This document shows, piece after piece, positions 11,093 through 22,131 of a stretch of 52,923 nucleotides of DNA; within the stretch, counting starts at the first letter, position 1; the number at the start of each line of letters is the position of its first letter. The notes below the pieces were generated by a model. That model saw nothing but the letters and a program-made list of their open reading frames with translations, did not search any database and was not told the origin of the DNA. Source of the DNA: Schmidtea nova (Eukaryota); the NCBI GenBank assembly GCA_044892505.1, contig CM097882.1, forward strand, positions 365,118,001 to 365,170,923. The letters are read 5' to 3'. The translations under genes and the position numbers were made by a program.

Positions 11093-12562
11093 TTAATTTT
11101 TTTGTGCGAATTGAATGTTGATGGACGGTTTGTATTTTTTTATGAAAAAAGTCTCGGAAGCTAATCTTTGTAATGAATTTTTGAATCCCTCTTGTAGGAT
11201 CTGGCATTTTGTTTCTTCTATAGATGGAGTTGTTTTATGTACTTTTTCCCAGTGTTCGTAATAATTACTGGTTTTGATTTTAGTATGTTCATTAAGTCGG
11301 GTGCGAAAAGTTCTATGTGTTTCTCCTATGTAAGTAGCGTCACATTTTTGACAAGAAAGTTTATATACTATATTTTTGGAAAAGCAAAAGCATCGGGTTG
11401 TGGAACGACAAAGACATTTATGTTTGGAGATGTTGGAAATTGGTGGCTTTCGGAGTTGTGATTTTAACGGTGCGGAGGTTATGAACGTTGGACGGATGTG
11501 GATAGGCAAATCTGTTTGATTAAAAATGTTGGTGATTTTGTTGGCTGTAGTGTCATTTAGGAAAGGTAATCTTAGATATGTTGTGTGTTTGTTATTGTTA
11601 TTGTGTTTCTGGCGTTTTCTATTGTTGCGTTTATTGTGGTATGGTTCGTTAAGGAAGTGTTTCTTTACAAAGTCTTCAGGGTATCCATTTTGGAGGAATC
11701 GTATTTTGAAGTTTTCTAATGTTTCTTGTATTTTGTTTGCGTCTGAACAGTTTCTTATGGCTCTTTTTCTTTCTCCTATTAGTAATGCGATTTTGCGTTG
11801 AAGTGGAACGTGGCTTTTCCATGGGAGGATATGACCGCTATGTAAACCTTTAGAATATAGCTCGGTGTTTGCATTTAGTGTATCTTGGCCTTTTGTGAAA
11901 CTTACCATGGTATCTAAAAACGGTATTTTACCTTCTGTGTTCGGTGTTTCAAAAGTAAATTGTATGTTGGTGTTAGTAGAATTTGCGTGTGATAGGATTT
12001 GATTGAGAGGGATTGTGGAGACTATGAAGATGTCGTCGATGTATCGTTTCCAGAAAAGTATTTTGTCCCCAAAAAAAGATATGATCTTAGATTCTATAAA
12101 GTTCATGTAGAAGATGGCTAAGATGGGAGAAAGGTTATTACCCATGGCTAATCCATGAATTTGTTTGAATGGTTTTTCTTTAATTATGACAGTATCTGAA
12201 TTTATTGCTAATTTTAGAAGTTCTATAAAGTCTTGTTTAGTTAAGTCTGCGAGGTCAGTATTGGCTTTATGAGTTTCAAAGAAAGAAGCTGCGATATCGA
12301 AAATGTTATTCTCTCCGTGAAGAGGAATAGATCCGTAAAGATTGGAAACGTCAAGAGATCCCCAGAAGTACTGTTGTCCTGAGTTTAACGGAAGAGACGT
12401 ATTTGTAATTTCGGAGACGAATTCAGTTGTGTTTTTAAGATGAGAAGGAACCAAAGGCAAAAGTGTTTTTAGAATTTCTGAAAGAACTTTAGAAAGTGTT
12501 GTGGAAGGAGTGTCAACTGCAGATACAAGAGGTCTACCTTTTAAAGGACTTTTGTAGAACAA
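11093..12562 (-). CDS. Penelope-like RT plus C-terminal GIY-YIG endonuclease, 5' truncated, open frame
   Basis: GRPLVS, SLDVSNLYGSIP, GLAMGNNLSPILA, RYIDDIF; NIVYKLSC..C..TYIGET.R....R..EH. Confidence 0.95.
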   Translation of the reverse strand: MFYKSPLKGRPLVSAVDTPSTTLSKVLSEILKTLLPLVPSHLKNTTEFVSEITNTSLPLNSGQQYFWGSLDVSNLYGSIPLHGENNIFDIAASFFETHKANTDLADLTKQDFIELLKLAINSDTVIIKEKPFKQIHGLAMGNNLSPILAIFYMNFIESKIISFFGDKILFWKRYIDDIFIVSTIPLNQILSHANSTNTNIQFTFETPNTEGKIPFLDTMVSFTKGQDTLNANTELYSKGLHSGHILPWKSHVPLQRKIALLIGERKRAIRNCSDANKIQETLENFKIRFLQNGYPEDFVKKHFLNEPYHNKRNNRKRQKHNNNNKHTTYLRLPFLNDTTANKITNIFNQTDLPIHIRPTFITSAPLKSQLRKPPISNISKHKCLCRSTTRCFCFSKNIVYKLSCQKCDATYIGETHRTFRTRLNEHTKIKTSNYYEHWEKVHKTTPSIEETKCQILQEGFKNSLQRLASETFFIKKYKPSINIQFAQKN

Positions 12563-13702
12563 GACTTTATAGAACTTCTAAAATTAGCAATAAATTCAGA
12601 TACTGTCATAATTAAAGAAAAACCATTCAAACAAATTCATGGATTAGCCATGGGTAATAACCTTTCTCCCATCTTAGCCATCTTCTACATGAACTTTATA
12701 GAATCTAAGATCATATCTTTTTTTGGGGACAAAATACTTTTCTGGAAACGATACATCGACGACATCTTCATAGTCTCCACAATCCCTCTCAATCAAATCC
12801 TATCACACGCAAATTCTACTAACACCAACATACAATTTACTTTTGAAACACCGAACACAGAAGGTAAAATACCGTTTTTAGATACCATGGTAAGTTTCAC
12901 AAAAGGCCAAGATACACTAAATGCAAACACCGAGCTATATTCTAAAGGTTTACATAGCGGTCATATCCTCCCATGGAAAAGCCACGTTCCACTTCAACGC
13001 AAAATCGCATTACTAATAGGAGAAAGAAAAAGAGCCATAAGAAACTGTTCAGACGCAAACAAAATACAAGAAACATTAGAAAACTTCAAAATACGATTCC
13101 TCCAAAATGGATACCCTGAAGACTTTGTAAAGAAACACTTCCTTAACGAACCATACCACAATAAACGCAACAATAGAAAACGCCAGAAACACAATAACAA
13201 TAACAAACACACAACATATCTAAGATTACCTTTCCTAAATGACACTACAGCCAACAAAATCACCAACATTTTTAATCAAACAGATTTGCCTATCCACATC
13301 CGTCCAACGTTCATAACCTCCGCACCGTTAAAATCACAACTCCGAAAGCCACCAATTTCCAACATCTCCAAACATAAATGTCTTTGTCGTTCCACAACCC
13401 GATGCTTTTGCTTTTCCAAAAATATAGTATATAAACTTTCTTGTCAAAAATGTGACGCTACTTACATAGGAGAAACACATAGAACTTTTCGCACCCGACT
13501 TAATGAACATACTAAAATCAAAACCAGTAATTATTACGAACACTGGGAAAAAGTACATAAAACAACTCCATCTATAGAAGAAACAAAATGCCAGATCCTA
13601 CAAGAGGGATTCAAAAATTCATTACAAAGATTAGCTTCCGAGACTTTTTTCATAAAAAAATACAAACCGTCCATCAACATTCAATTCGCACAAAAAAATT
13701 AA
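12558..13702 (+). CDS. Penelope-like RT/GIY-YIG, shorter 5'-truncated inverted copy
   Basis: ORF 12650..13702 is identical in protein sequence to the C-terminal 350 aa of the minus-strand copy; homology starts at 12558. Confidence 0.93.
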
Positions 13703-13796
13703 AATAAAATAAATTTTTTCATCCAATAAAATCATTATAAAATATTAAAAAAATAATTAAGGCTACTATTTATGATTAAGTAAATATAACGATAGA

Positions 13797-13838
13797 AATA
13801 CACACTTGACAAAGGCTGTGCCGAAATATTGTGTTATT
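13797..13838 (+). ncRNA. Minimal type I hammerhead-ribozyme-like motif (U3-A8 variant), second copy
   Basis: Same motif with core UUGACAA; predicted cleavage after AUU at 13830/13831. Confidence 0.72.
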
Positions 13839-14249
13839 GTTTATAAAAAAAAAAATTTTGATCTATAGTCATTATGAGAATTATTGATAATAATAATAAA
13901 AAAAGATCAAANNNNNNNNNNNNNNNNNNNNNNNNNNNNNNNNNNNNNNNNNNNNNNNNNNNNNNNNNNNNNNNNNNNNNNNNNNNNNNNNNNNNNNNNN
14001 NNNNNNNNNNNNNNNNNNNNNNNNNNNNNNNNNNNNNNNNNNNNNNNNNNNNNNNNNNNNNNNNNNNNNNNNNNATTACAAATTTAGAAATAATTAATCA
14101 AAATAATAAAATTAAAAATATGAAAAAACGACCTGCTTATACCATTAAATTTATTGCGCCCAAGAAAATAAACCCGAGATAATTATTTTAAGCGGCGACG
14201 ACGACGAAATTGTAATAAATAATCAAATAGGGGTTCAATTAATATAAAT

Positions 14250-16860
14250 GACGAGCCTGTGATTGAAAAAGATTTAAAAGGATCTCGACGACTTTTAACT
14301 TTTAACGTCGATTCCCACAATATTAATCAAATTGCTGTCATCGAAAAATTTGTTGAATGGTTAAATAAAGAAATACGTAAAATGGGGAATGTAAAAATTC
14401 AATTCACGCTTAATATTCAGTTTGAAAAGATGGGGTGTTTAAAAATGAATTTTTTTCAAATAATGCCGAAATCTTTTCAGATAATTTTCTAATGAAGGGT
14501 ATTAGAAAATTAAACAAGAAAATAAAAAATTTCACACAGATGGGTAACGGCTGGATTGTAACAAGGTATTGGATTTGACAAGGTATTCCGCCATGATTCG
14601 ATTATCTGGCCATGGACATTTTAAAACCCTTAAACCGTTTGTGGTAGGAGTTTTATTTTGTCCGGTGGACATGTTGGAGTGTGTGGGAGGAGTTCAGGAT
14701 ACAAAGACGATAAACCAAAATTTTAATAGTCATCCAGTATTTTCCAGAAAATTATGGTCATTTTCAATATCATTTATCAACTGAAAACTATGTGTTCATC
14801 AATTCGCAATACGCATTTAATAGCCAAAGAAGATGAAGAATTTAGTAATACTGTCCGCAGTATGTCTATAAATGTCTGTTCGGTTTTCTTTCCCCAATTT
14901 TCTCAAATTTTCTGATTTCTCAAAAACATGATTTGGGGGTTGTTATCATATCAAAATAAAACTAAAAAAAAGAATTTTGAGTATTGAAAAGAAAAAAAAA
15001 TTAATTAAATGTGTGTTTAAAAAGAAATTTACTTTATATAAAAAATATCATTTATTTTTACTTTTATTTGTTGGATTGTTTTAATAATCCAAGTTTTGTG
15101 TTTTCATTTTTATTCTGTTTAATTAATCCAATTTTTGTGATAAATTTAAGTTGCTTTTAAAAACTTAAATTTGTTAAGCGTGGTTCGATACTTTTTAAAA
15201 AAATATATTGATAATCTTTTTAAAGAATTCCTGTTTAGTATATGTATTTTAATTGAGTTGAAGTCTGAAAATTAAAGATTAACATTAAAAATTACTATTG
15301 CATTTGGAATCCTTTACAATCTCTCGTGCAATGCAAAACAATCAAATTGATGTGCAAGTATTACCACCATTTAAAACCACGAAACCGTTATTAAATAAAA
15401 GGGCTGTTATTAATGTAGAAAACTCTGATGATTTATGTTTTATATATAGTGTTTTGGCTATATTGAAACATGGCTCAATCACAAATAATCATTGTGTAAC
15501 TTCAAGTTACACTCCATATTTGAATTACTTAGTTTTTGACCCAATAGAGGACTGTTCCATGCAATTATGTAACATCCCGAAATTTGAGCATAATTACCCA
15601 GGCTTAACCATTAATGTATTGTCATACAACCCGAAAGTAATTCTTAATTATGATATTGATGTGGAAGATGATGACTGTTTCTCACTATCCCCACTTGAAA
15701 ATAATTCATCGAACAAAATTAAATATTTTTAACCCCATTTATATTTTATTATTGGAAAATGAGTGAGTTTACCATTACACTGCAGTCATTAATCTACAAA
15801 GGTTAATGAACTGTCATAGAAATAATCTAATTACTGATTGAATTCAATCGTTATGGTGTCCTAAATGTTTAAATGGTTTCCGTATTCAGAAAACCTTTGA
15901 TAAACATAATTTATTCAATAAAAATCAAGTGGGAACTACCCTTTATAGTTGACCTAAAGAACATTTAGAATTTGGGGATGATTCAAATACTGTAACCCCA
16001 CCATTTGCAATTTATGGGGACTTTGAGTCAATTTTACCAATTGATGACCGTTATAACCAAAAACATTTGCCGGTATCAGCAGGATTATTACTTTTAAATA
16101 ATTTCAAAATCATAAATTCAAAATCATAAATTCAAAATCATATTACGAATTCATAGATATTGATTGCATAATATAATTTTTAAAGAAAGTGGAGGAAATT
16201 GCTGTCACGATTGTCCTGCCTTATTACGACATTCATGAAAATACTCCATTAGAGACTCTTATCTTTTTCTGAGGAACAATCTTTTCGATCTTGTTTGAAC
16301 TGTTTTCTTTGTAAGAAACCGATTAGGAATCATATTAGGGCTTTTGATCACTTTTCCGGTAGATATCTTGGAGCAGCATGTAAAGTCTGCAATAATACTA
16401 GGCGAATTCGTCAATATTTGCCTGTAATCTTTCATAATTTGAGAGGTTATGCCTACATTACATTTTGAAGTATAGTCTGTCTGATTTCCCCTTATGGGAA
16501 TTAGATATAATTCCAACAACTACAGAGAAATTTATTTCTCTTATAGCTAATATTAATAAACTTGCTGTTAGGTTTATTGACAGTTATCAATTCGTAACAG
16601 CTTCCTTGGATAAAGCGGTAAAAACGCTGCCCGTTTTTCTTCTTACCTCATAAGTTTTCACTGGCTCTATCATGAATTGTAAGGGCATTTTTCCATTTAA
16701 TTTTGCTACCAGTCTTGAGATTTTAGAAAATACTTTTGAGCTGCCACCAAGTTGGGAGGAAGTAACTGAGACTCGATATATAAAAGCTCAAGAAATATGG
16801 CACGAAAATAACTGTATAAATTTACTTGACTACATGATGGTCTATATGAACTATATGAAA
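14250..16860 (+). pseudogene. Polinton/adintovirus protein-primed DNA polymerase B (N-terminal and exonuclease region), heavily decayed
   Basis: FTQMGNGW; KRAVINVENSDDLCFIYSVLA; PFAIYGDFESIL (ExoI); CFLC...DHFSGRYLGAACKVCN (Zn/EndoVII-like insert); VIFHNLRGY (ExoII); EKFIS...RFIDSYQFVTASL; KGIFPF. Confidence 0.85.
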
Positions 16861-18175
16861 ATTGAATAAGGATGAAGTATAGCTAATATGAAAATATGAA
16901 ATAGTATAATCATGATAAAAATAGTATTAAAAGGAAAAGAATAATTTATAGTAAATATCCTCTATGAAATATCGTTAAAAACATCGAGTTAAGATAAAAA
17001 ATAAACTTTGTATACATTTTATTGTTTTAATCAATCAATTATTGCGCACTAGCAATCAGAGTGGCGCCAACATTGATACACACATAGTTTGAGCACATTT
17101 AATAGCAAATAATTAGAAAATAAATGAAAATTAACTCTGTCAAGAGAAAAATAAACAATTCATTTTTATATACTAGGTATGTACCATAAATTTGAAATTA
17201 GTTCACGTTGTGGGTTAGAAAAATTATGAACACCATATATGAAGTCCGAGAGCAGAGTGCGTTGTCGTAACATTCAAAAAACATTACGCTGAGATAATTA
17301 ATTAGATTTCTCACTTGTCAGCCAACTTTGCTTATAATTGCATTTAGCGGATAGTAGCTCAAATTTTGTTTGAAACTATTTTGAGGAAGATAGGTAATAA
17401 TTTGAATTATCTAATGTAAAGTTGAAAGTTTTCATTTGTTTTCAATAAATAATAAATTGTTTTGAATTTTACAACCTTGCTATGATAATTGCTCCTGATG
17501 AATCAATGTAAATACAATGGATCTTTGATGGTCTCTCGGGGTCACTGGAAATTCTGTTTCGGCTAACGCGCCGACTTAAGTTTACTCGAGTCAGTGACTT
17601 GGTCAGGTTGAGTATTTCGTACGCGAGCATTTTCGTATTCCTAATCAGTTGGAAAAATAAAATATAAACCAAAAATAAATTTCTGACATGAAATATGGGC
17701 AAACACTTTTAAGATTTTATAAATTGAACAAATACTATTACTAATTAAATTAATTACAAGAAAATTTATACATTACATAAGAAATTCAATCAATATTTGA
17801 TTTACTTTTGATTTTATTTCCACAATACATTATGAAACATTTATTTTTAGATTTTTTTAGTTTTAATACTCTATTCACAAGTAACAATAGCAGTAATAAT
17901 TCAAAATATTTTTTAATTAAACATTTCCTATTTAGAAAACTATTAATAAATTCCAATTATTAATAAATAAAGCTAGTTGAAGATTTTAAAATTTATTTTT
18001 TAACATAATTTGGATGTAATATTTTTAAAGTGAAATAATTATTGAGTTACAAATAATTACGATGTTTTTTTTACAATGTGATCGTTAACACACTAGAATT
18101 TATTTCCACTTATTACATAATATTTATATATTTATTTTTCAAAGATTAACTTATATTTATACATAATTTCCAGAA

Positions 18176-19120
18176 ATGAATATTTTGATTTGTTCAACAG
18201 TTGTCAGTTTCATCAATTTGTTCACACTGGACATTCTAATTCATCAGTGTTCTCAATGCACGTATCTTTTGACATTTATTCAATACATTTCCGTGATCGG
18301 AATACAGCTTATAATTGAATATATTAAAGGATTTCAAAAACCACGAATCTCACTGAAGCTTTTTCTTAAAAATGTTATTTTGTTTTTTATTATTCAAATT
18401 CTAAACAATCGCTGTCTGTCTTACAATATTTCCATTGCCTTACAAACAATTATTAAATCCAGTAATTTGGTGTTGAATATTGTTGTCGGCAAATTTTGTT
18501 TAAATCGACAATACGGAAACAACAAATATATCGCAGTGATTTTAGTGATGCTAGGAGTTTTCACTGCAACTCTAACTGATACTTCATTTCGTACCAACTC
18601 GCTATCGAAAAATATGATGTTTGGAATAATTTTATTATGCATATCGTTGATTTTTTCAACAATTCTTCCGCTATTACAAGAAGAAACATTTGTTAAACAC
18701 GGAAAACATATCGGTGAATATATACTTTTTATTCATTTGATCGGTTTATTGCCTTTTGTCTTTATTCATCATGAGATCATTCATGAGTATCAGGTGGCTT
18801 CGAGTTTATCTCATGTTAAAATTAATTGTTTTCAATTTGGCTCCGTTTTTCTACCTATTTGGCTCGTATTTTTTATCAACGGGTTGAGCCAATTTGGTTT
18901 GCTGCATCTTTATTTTCAATTAATTGTGACAAATGGAAGTTTGACCGTTGTTTTGTTGATGACTATTCGTAGGTTTTTAAGCTTAATTTTGTCTTTATAT
19001 GTATCGGGTGTGAATTTTAATTTTATTCAGTGGATTTCGACATTGTTTGTTTTTATTGGAACTTTAATCTACTCAGATATCTTTCAACCGGTGAAACATA
19101 TGCCTATTAAAATAGATTAA
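18176..19120 (+). CDS. SLC35B4: SLC35B4/YEA4-like nucleotide-sugar (UDP-GlcNAc/UDP-Xyl type) transporter, paralogue 1, intronless
   Basis: 314-aa multi-TM ORF; NNRCLSYNISIALQTIIKSSNL, LTVVLLMTIRRFLSL, FVFIGTLIY parallel human SLC35B4 motifs as recalled (MPLHMIFRSGSL, LTVTLVVTLRKFVSL, FVFIGTLMY). Family-level assignment; substrate not established. Confidence 0.85.
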   Translation: MNILICSTVVSFINLFTLDILIHQCSQCTYLLTFIQYISVIGIQLIIEYIKGFQKPRISLKLFLKNVILFFIIQILNNRCLSYNISIALQTIIKSSNLVLNIVVGKFCLNRQYGNNKYIAVILVMLGVFTATLTDTSFRTNSLSKNMMFGIILLCISLIFSTILPLLQEETFVKHGKHIGEYILFIHLIGLLPFVFIHHEIIHEYQVASSLSHVKINCFQFGSVFLPIWLVFFINGLSQFGLLHLYFQLIVTNGSLTVVLLMTIRRFLSLILSLYVSGVNFNFIQWISTLFVFIGTLIYSDIFQPVKHMPIKID

Positions 19121-20064
19121 TATAGTTTTTACTCCTTTTTTATCAATCTATAGGATTGAAATTTTTGATGAAAGAAAAATACATATTTTTTATCTTAAAT
19201 TTGGTTTTTATTTAGATTTATATTAACATTGTTCCGCTTAATTTTATTTGGGTTTGAAAGATTGATCAAAATTTAATCTGACTCTCCATGCCCAGGTGTA
19301 ATTTAATTAAAGCTCAACAACTTAAAACTTTGTCTAACCTCACATTTTATAACTCTAATCGTGTCTATGTCACACAATAAGAAAGTTTACCAGTCTCCAA
19401 AATAATGAATTTATGTAGTCTGCGCATTTCGCTCAAGCAATTATAATTTGATTTTTGAAATAGTGATACAATTTAGTGAAAATAATTTTGTGGTAATGAT
19501 CAACGAAGAAGCAACTACAACCACAAACGACAATTCAATACTTTCTACTACTTAATACTTTATTTTATATGATACTAATAATTTCTTTTATGTTTATTGG
19601 AATAAAATATTAAACCATTTTTGTTGATTTACAAATTTTAGTTTCATGTTATAAAAAAAATTAAAAAAACTTCTCTTTTTAATATAGCATGTTGTCGTAA
19701 ATAAATAAAAAACCTCTTCTTCGCTCATTTTTATTACGTTTTCATATTTTATATTCAATTCCAAAAGGGTTAATTTCTAAAAGGTAATAATCCCTCCATC
19801 GGGTGATTCGCACATCAGCAAATTCTAATTAAAAAATTAAATTGATATTGTTTTTGCACCTGAGCAGCCAGCAACGCAGGAACGGCACTGTTTGTTGATT
19901 AAGATTCTTTAATTACAACCACCTAGTAAAAGATTTTGTAATTTTTTTCTCGATAATAAAAAGACTCTTAAAGACCTAATACACTTAGATCTGAAATTAG
20001 ATTTGGAAATCTGTAGGTACCCCGACTTACGTAATGTTTCACAGTCCCACATATTACGTTAATG

Positions 20065-20087
20065 TATATATATATATATATATATAT
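20065..20087. repeat. (TA)n microsatellite
   Basis: Direct reading; other (TA)n tracts at 29575-29606, 35064-35092 and 35162-35236. Confidence 0.95.
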
Positions 20088-20618
20088 GGCTGTAAGTTTT
20101 TTTCACCGATGGTGAAGAAAAAGTAATCTTCACCGTCATGTAAGAAGCATTCACAATTTGTGCCTGTTACTGGCTAAAATTGAAAGAAGCTCATAAAGGA
20201 TTATGCTAATGATTGTTATTGTAGTATGTGTGAGTAATGAGCTTTACCAGATAAAAACCATCACAAAAGATGTTCTGTAAGATTATTCTGTTAGAAAGGT
20301 TCTGCTACAGGATAAAATTGAAACATTGATCGAATCTCATATTGTATTATGATAATGATTGTAAGAGAAAAAAATGTGTGATAATTGAGCTTTAGCAGAT
20401 AAAACCATAACAAAGGATGTTCTGCTACTAAAGGGACTTTGTCACTTACTGTCTTGTCAGTCTTGTTCTCATTTTCGTTTTCGGAATTCATTAATGGGTC
20501 AGTTAAAAATTACAAAGAAATGGAATTTTTCGTAATTTTAAGCATTTTTAGTACCAACATTGTGGTTAATAACAATTTAGAAAAATTTTAAACAATACTA
20601 TTAATTATTTATTTATTA

Positions 20619-20688
20619 TCGGTGAAGAAAACTTTTTCTTAACCGTCGGTGAAGAAAACTTTTTCTTAACCGTCGGTGAAGAAAACTT
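20619..20688. repeat. 27-bp tandem repeat (cggtgaagaaaactttttcttaaccgt x2.6)
   Basis: Head-to-tail perfect copies without spacers; related motifs at about 20095-20135 in both orientations. Confidence 0.9.
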
Positions 20689-20993
20689 CTAATATATTAA
20701 TGTATTATTTTTCAATAAATAACATTTTTAGAATAGATATNNNNNNNNNNNNNNNNNNNNNNNNNNNNNNNNNNNNNNNNNNNNNNNNNNNNNNNNNNNN
20801 NNNNNNNNNNNNNNNNNNNNNNNNNNNNNNNNNNNNNNNNNNNNNNNNNNNNNNNNNNNNNNNNNNNNNNNNNNNNNNNNNNNNNNNNNNNNNNNNNNNN
20901 NNNNNNNNNNNNNNNNNNNNNNNNNNNNNNNNNNNNNNNNNNNNNNNNNNNNNNNNNNNNNNNNNNNNNNNNNNNNNNNNNNNNNNNNNNNNN

Positions 20994-21803
20994 ATAGAAA
21001 ATTAAAATTAAAAAGCAAAAAACTATGTGCAAATCGATAAAATACGAAATTTGGAAAAATAATTAATTAAAATGCAAACGTTAATTAAAAATTTATAAAA
21101 TTCAAAAATAAAGATTTAGAGGGGGAAATCGGTATGGGAGGATGCCAAATGATGAGACAAATTCAGATATTAGCATATAAAATTAATGGGGGGTCCCCAG
21201 AAGAAAAGAATCAACAAATTAAAATATTAATTAATAATTAATTGGCTAATGGAAAGCCCGAGCAAATGGGAAACCCGAGACAATGGAGAACCCGGAGAGT
21301 GTGGGAAACCCGGACAAGCAATATGACAGGTAATAATTCCTGAGAAAAATAACTTTGGAGGAGACCCGGAGAGTAACCGACAGATGGAAAATTAAAACGT
21401 CAAATCGTAAAGTACCATTTGACAGTTGCAGCGAAGTGGGAAACCAATCACCAGAAACAGTATAAAAGGGAACGACAAATACTAAAGTTTGCCAGAATGG
21501 TCGAAGCAAAAGTGAGTGAATTCAGCAAGTGAGGAGTTAAGAGAGATATTTGAAAAGTTCCAAACCAAATTTATTATTCCAGCGTACCAGAAAGGGAGAT
21601 CTTCCTTGGGGAGACTTATCCCTACGCGAAGTCGGAGAAGCAGTGATAAAAGTTATTGTGAAATTTTAAAGAGACTTAGTGTGTCAAAAAGTGTGATTGT
21701 TACAAATAAATTCTTCTGTGTTGGGTTATTTTATTGAATCAAATTTAAAGAACACCGAGGAGTCAGACTAACAGCACCGACTAAACATCGCAAATACCCA
21801 ACA
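20994..21803 (+). repeat. 5' LTR (start hidden in N gap), ends CCCAACA
   Basis: Direct repeat of 24637-25425; TATA-like gtataaaa near 21460. Confidence 0.92.
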
Positions 21804-21806
21804 TTT

Positions 21807-21824
21807 TGGTGAGCCCGGCGTGAT
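21807..21824 (+). promoter_or_regulatory. Primer binding site, tRNA-Trp-like
   Basis: TGGTGAGCCCGGCGTGAT versus the recalled tRNA-Trp complement TGGTGACCCCGACGTGAT (16/18); lies 3 nt after the LTR end. Confidence 0.7.
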
Positions 21825-22131
21825 TAAAGTCGGTGAAAGGTTATTAAAAAGAAATACTCAAAGTTGGTGAAATATTATTGGAAAAGTGAAAACTGATTAT
21901 TCTTATTGATTTCCGATTCGAGCAAAGTTTGCAGAAAGGAAGCAAATTGAATTTATTTAAACGCAAAGTTAATTTTTTGAAAATTGTTAAAGTGAATCGA
22001 ATAAAGTTGTGGTAAAAAGTTTTAAACAAAAGGTAAAATTTTATAATTGATATATTAAAATTTAGAAGAGTAAAAGTTATTCTTACCGACCATTTTATGA
22101 ATTGATAAGTAACAAGAAACCAGAAAACGAA

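Larger units (their letters stand above)
10924..13911. mobile_element. Penelope-like element as head-to-head inverted duplication (arms 10924-12237 and 12558-13871, 1314 bp each; 320-bp unique spacer)
   Basis: The two ORFs encode the same RT/GIY-YIG sequence on opposite strands; the 3' UTRs also mirror each other; bounded by N gaps on both sides. Confidence 0.95.

Noticed and set aside
11237-13558. Small paired ORFs 11237/13334 and 11526/12994
   Set aside because: Antisense shadows of the Penelope ORF, duplicated by the palindrome.
10584-14182. ORFs containing X runs (10584..10961, 13874..14182, 13884..14087; also 20676-21032 and 51471..51779)
   Set aside because: Artefacts of translating through N gaps.
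17545-17600. Hammerhead on the minus strand (GGC...GCC-GAAAC)
   Set aside because: No CUGANGA or UUGANAA core at the required position.
20619-20688. 27-bp repeats as a CRISPR array
   Set aside because: Units are head-to-tail with no spacers, no cas genes are present, and the context is eukaryotic.
21516-21737. ORFs MNSASEEL... (also 25158..25379)
   Set aside because: GTG-started short ORFs inside LTRs; their similarity simply reflects LTR duplication.
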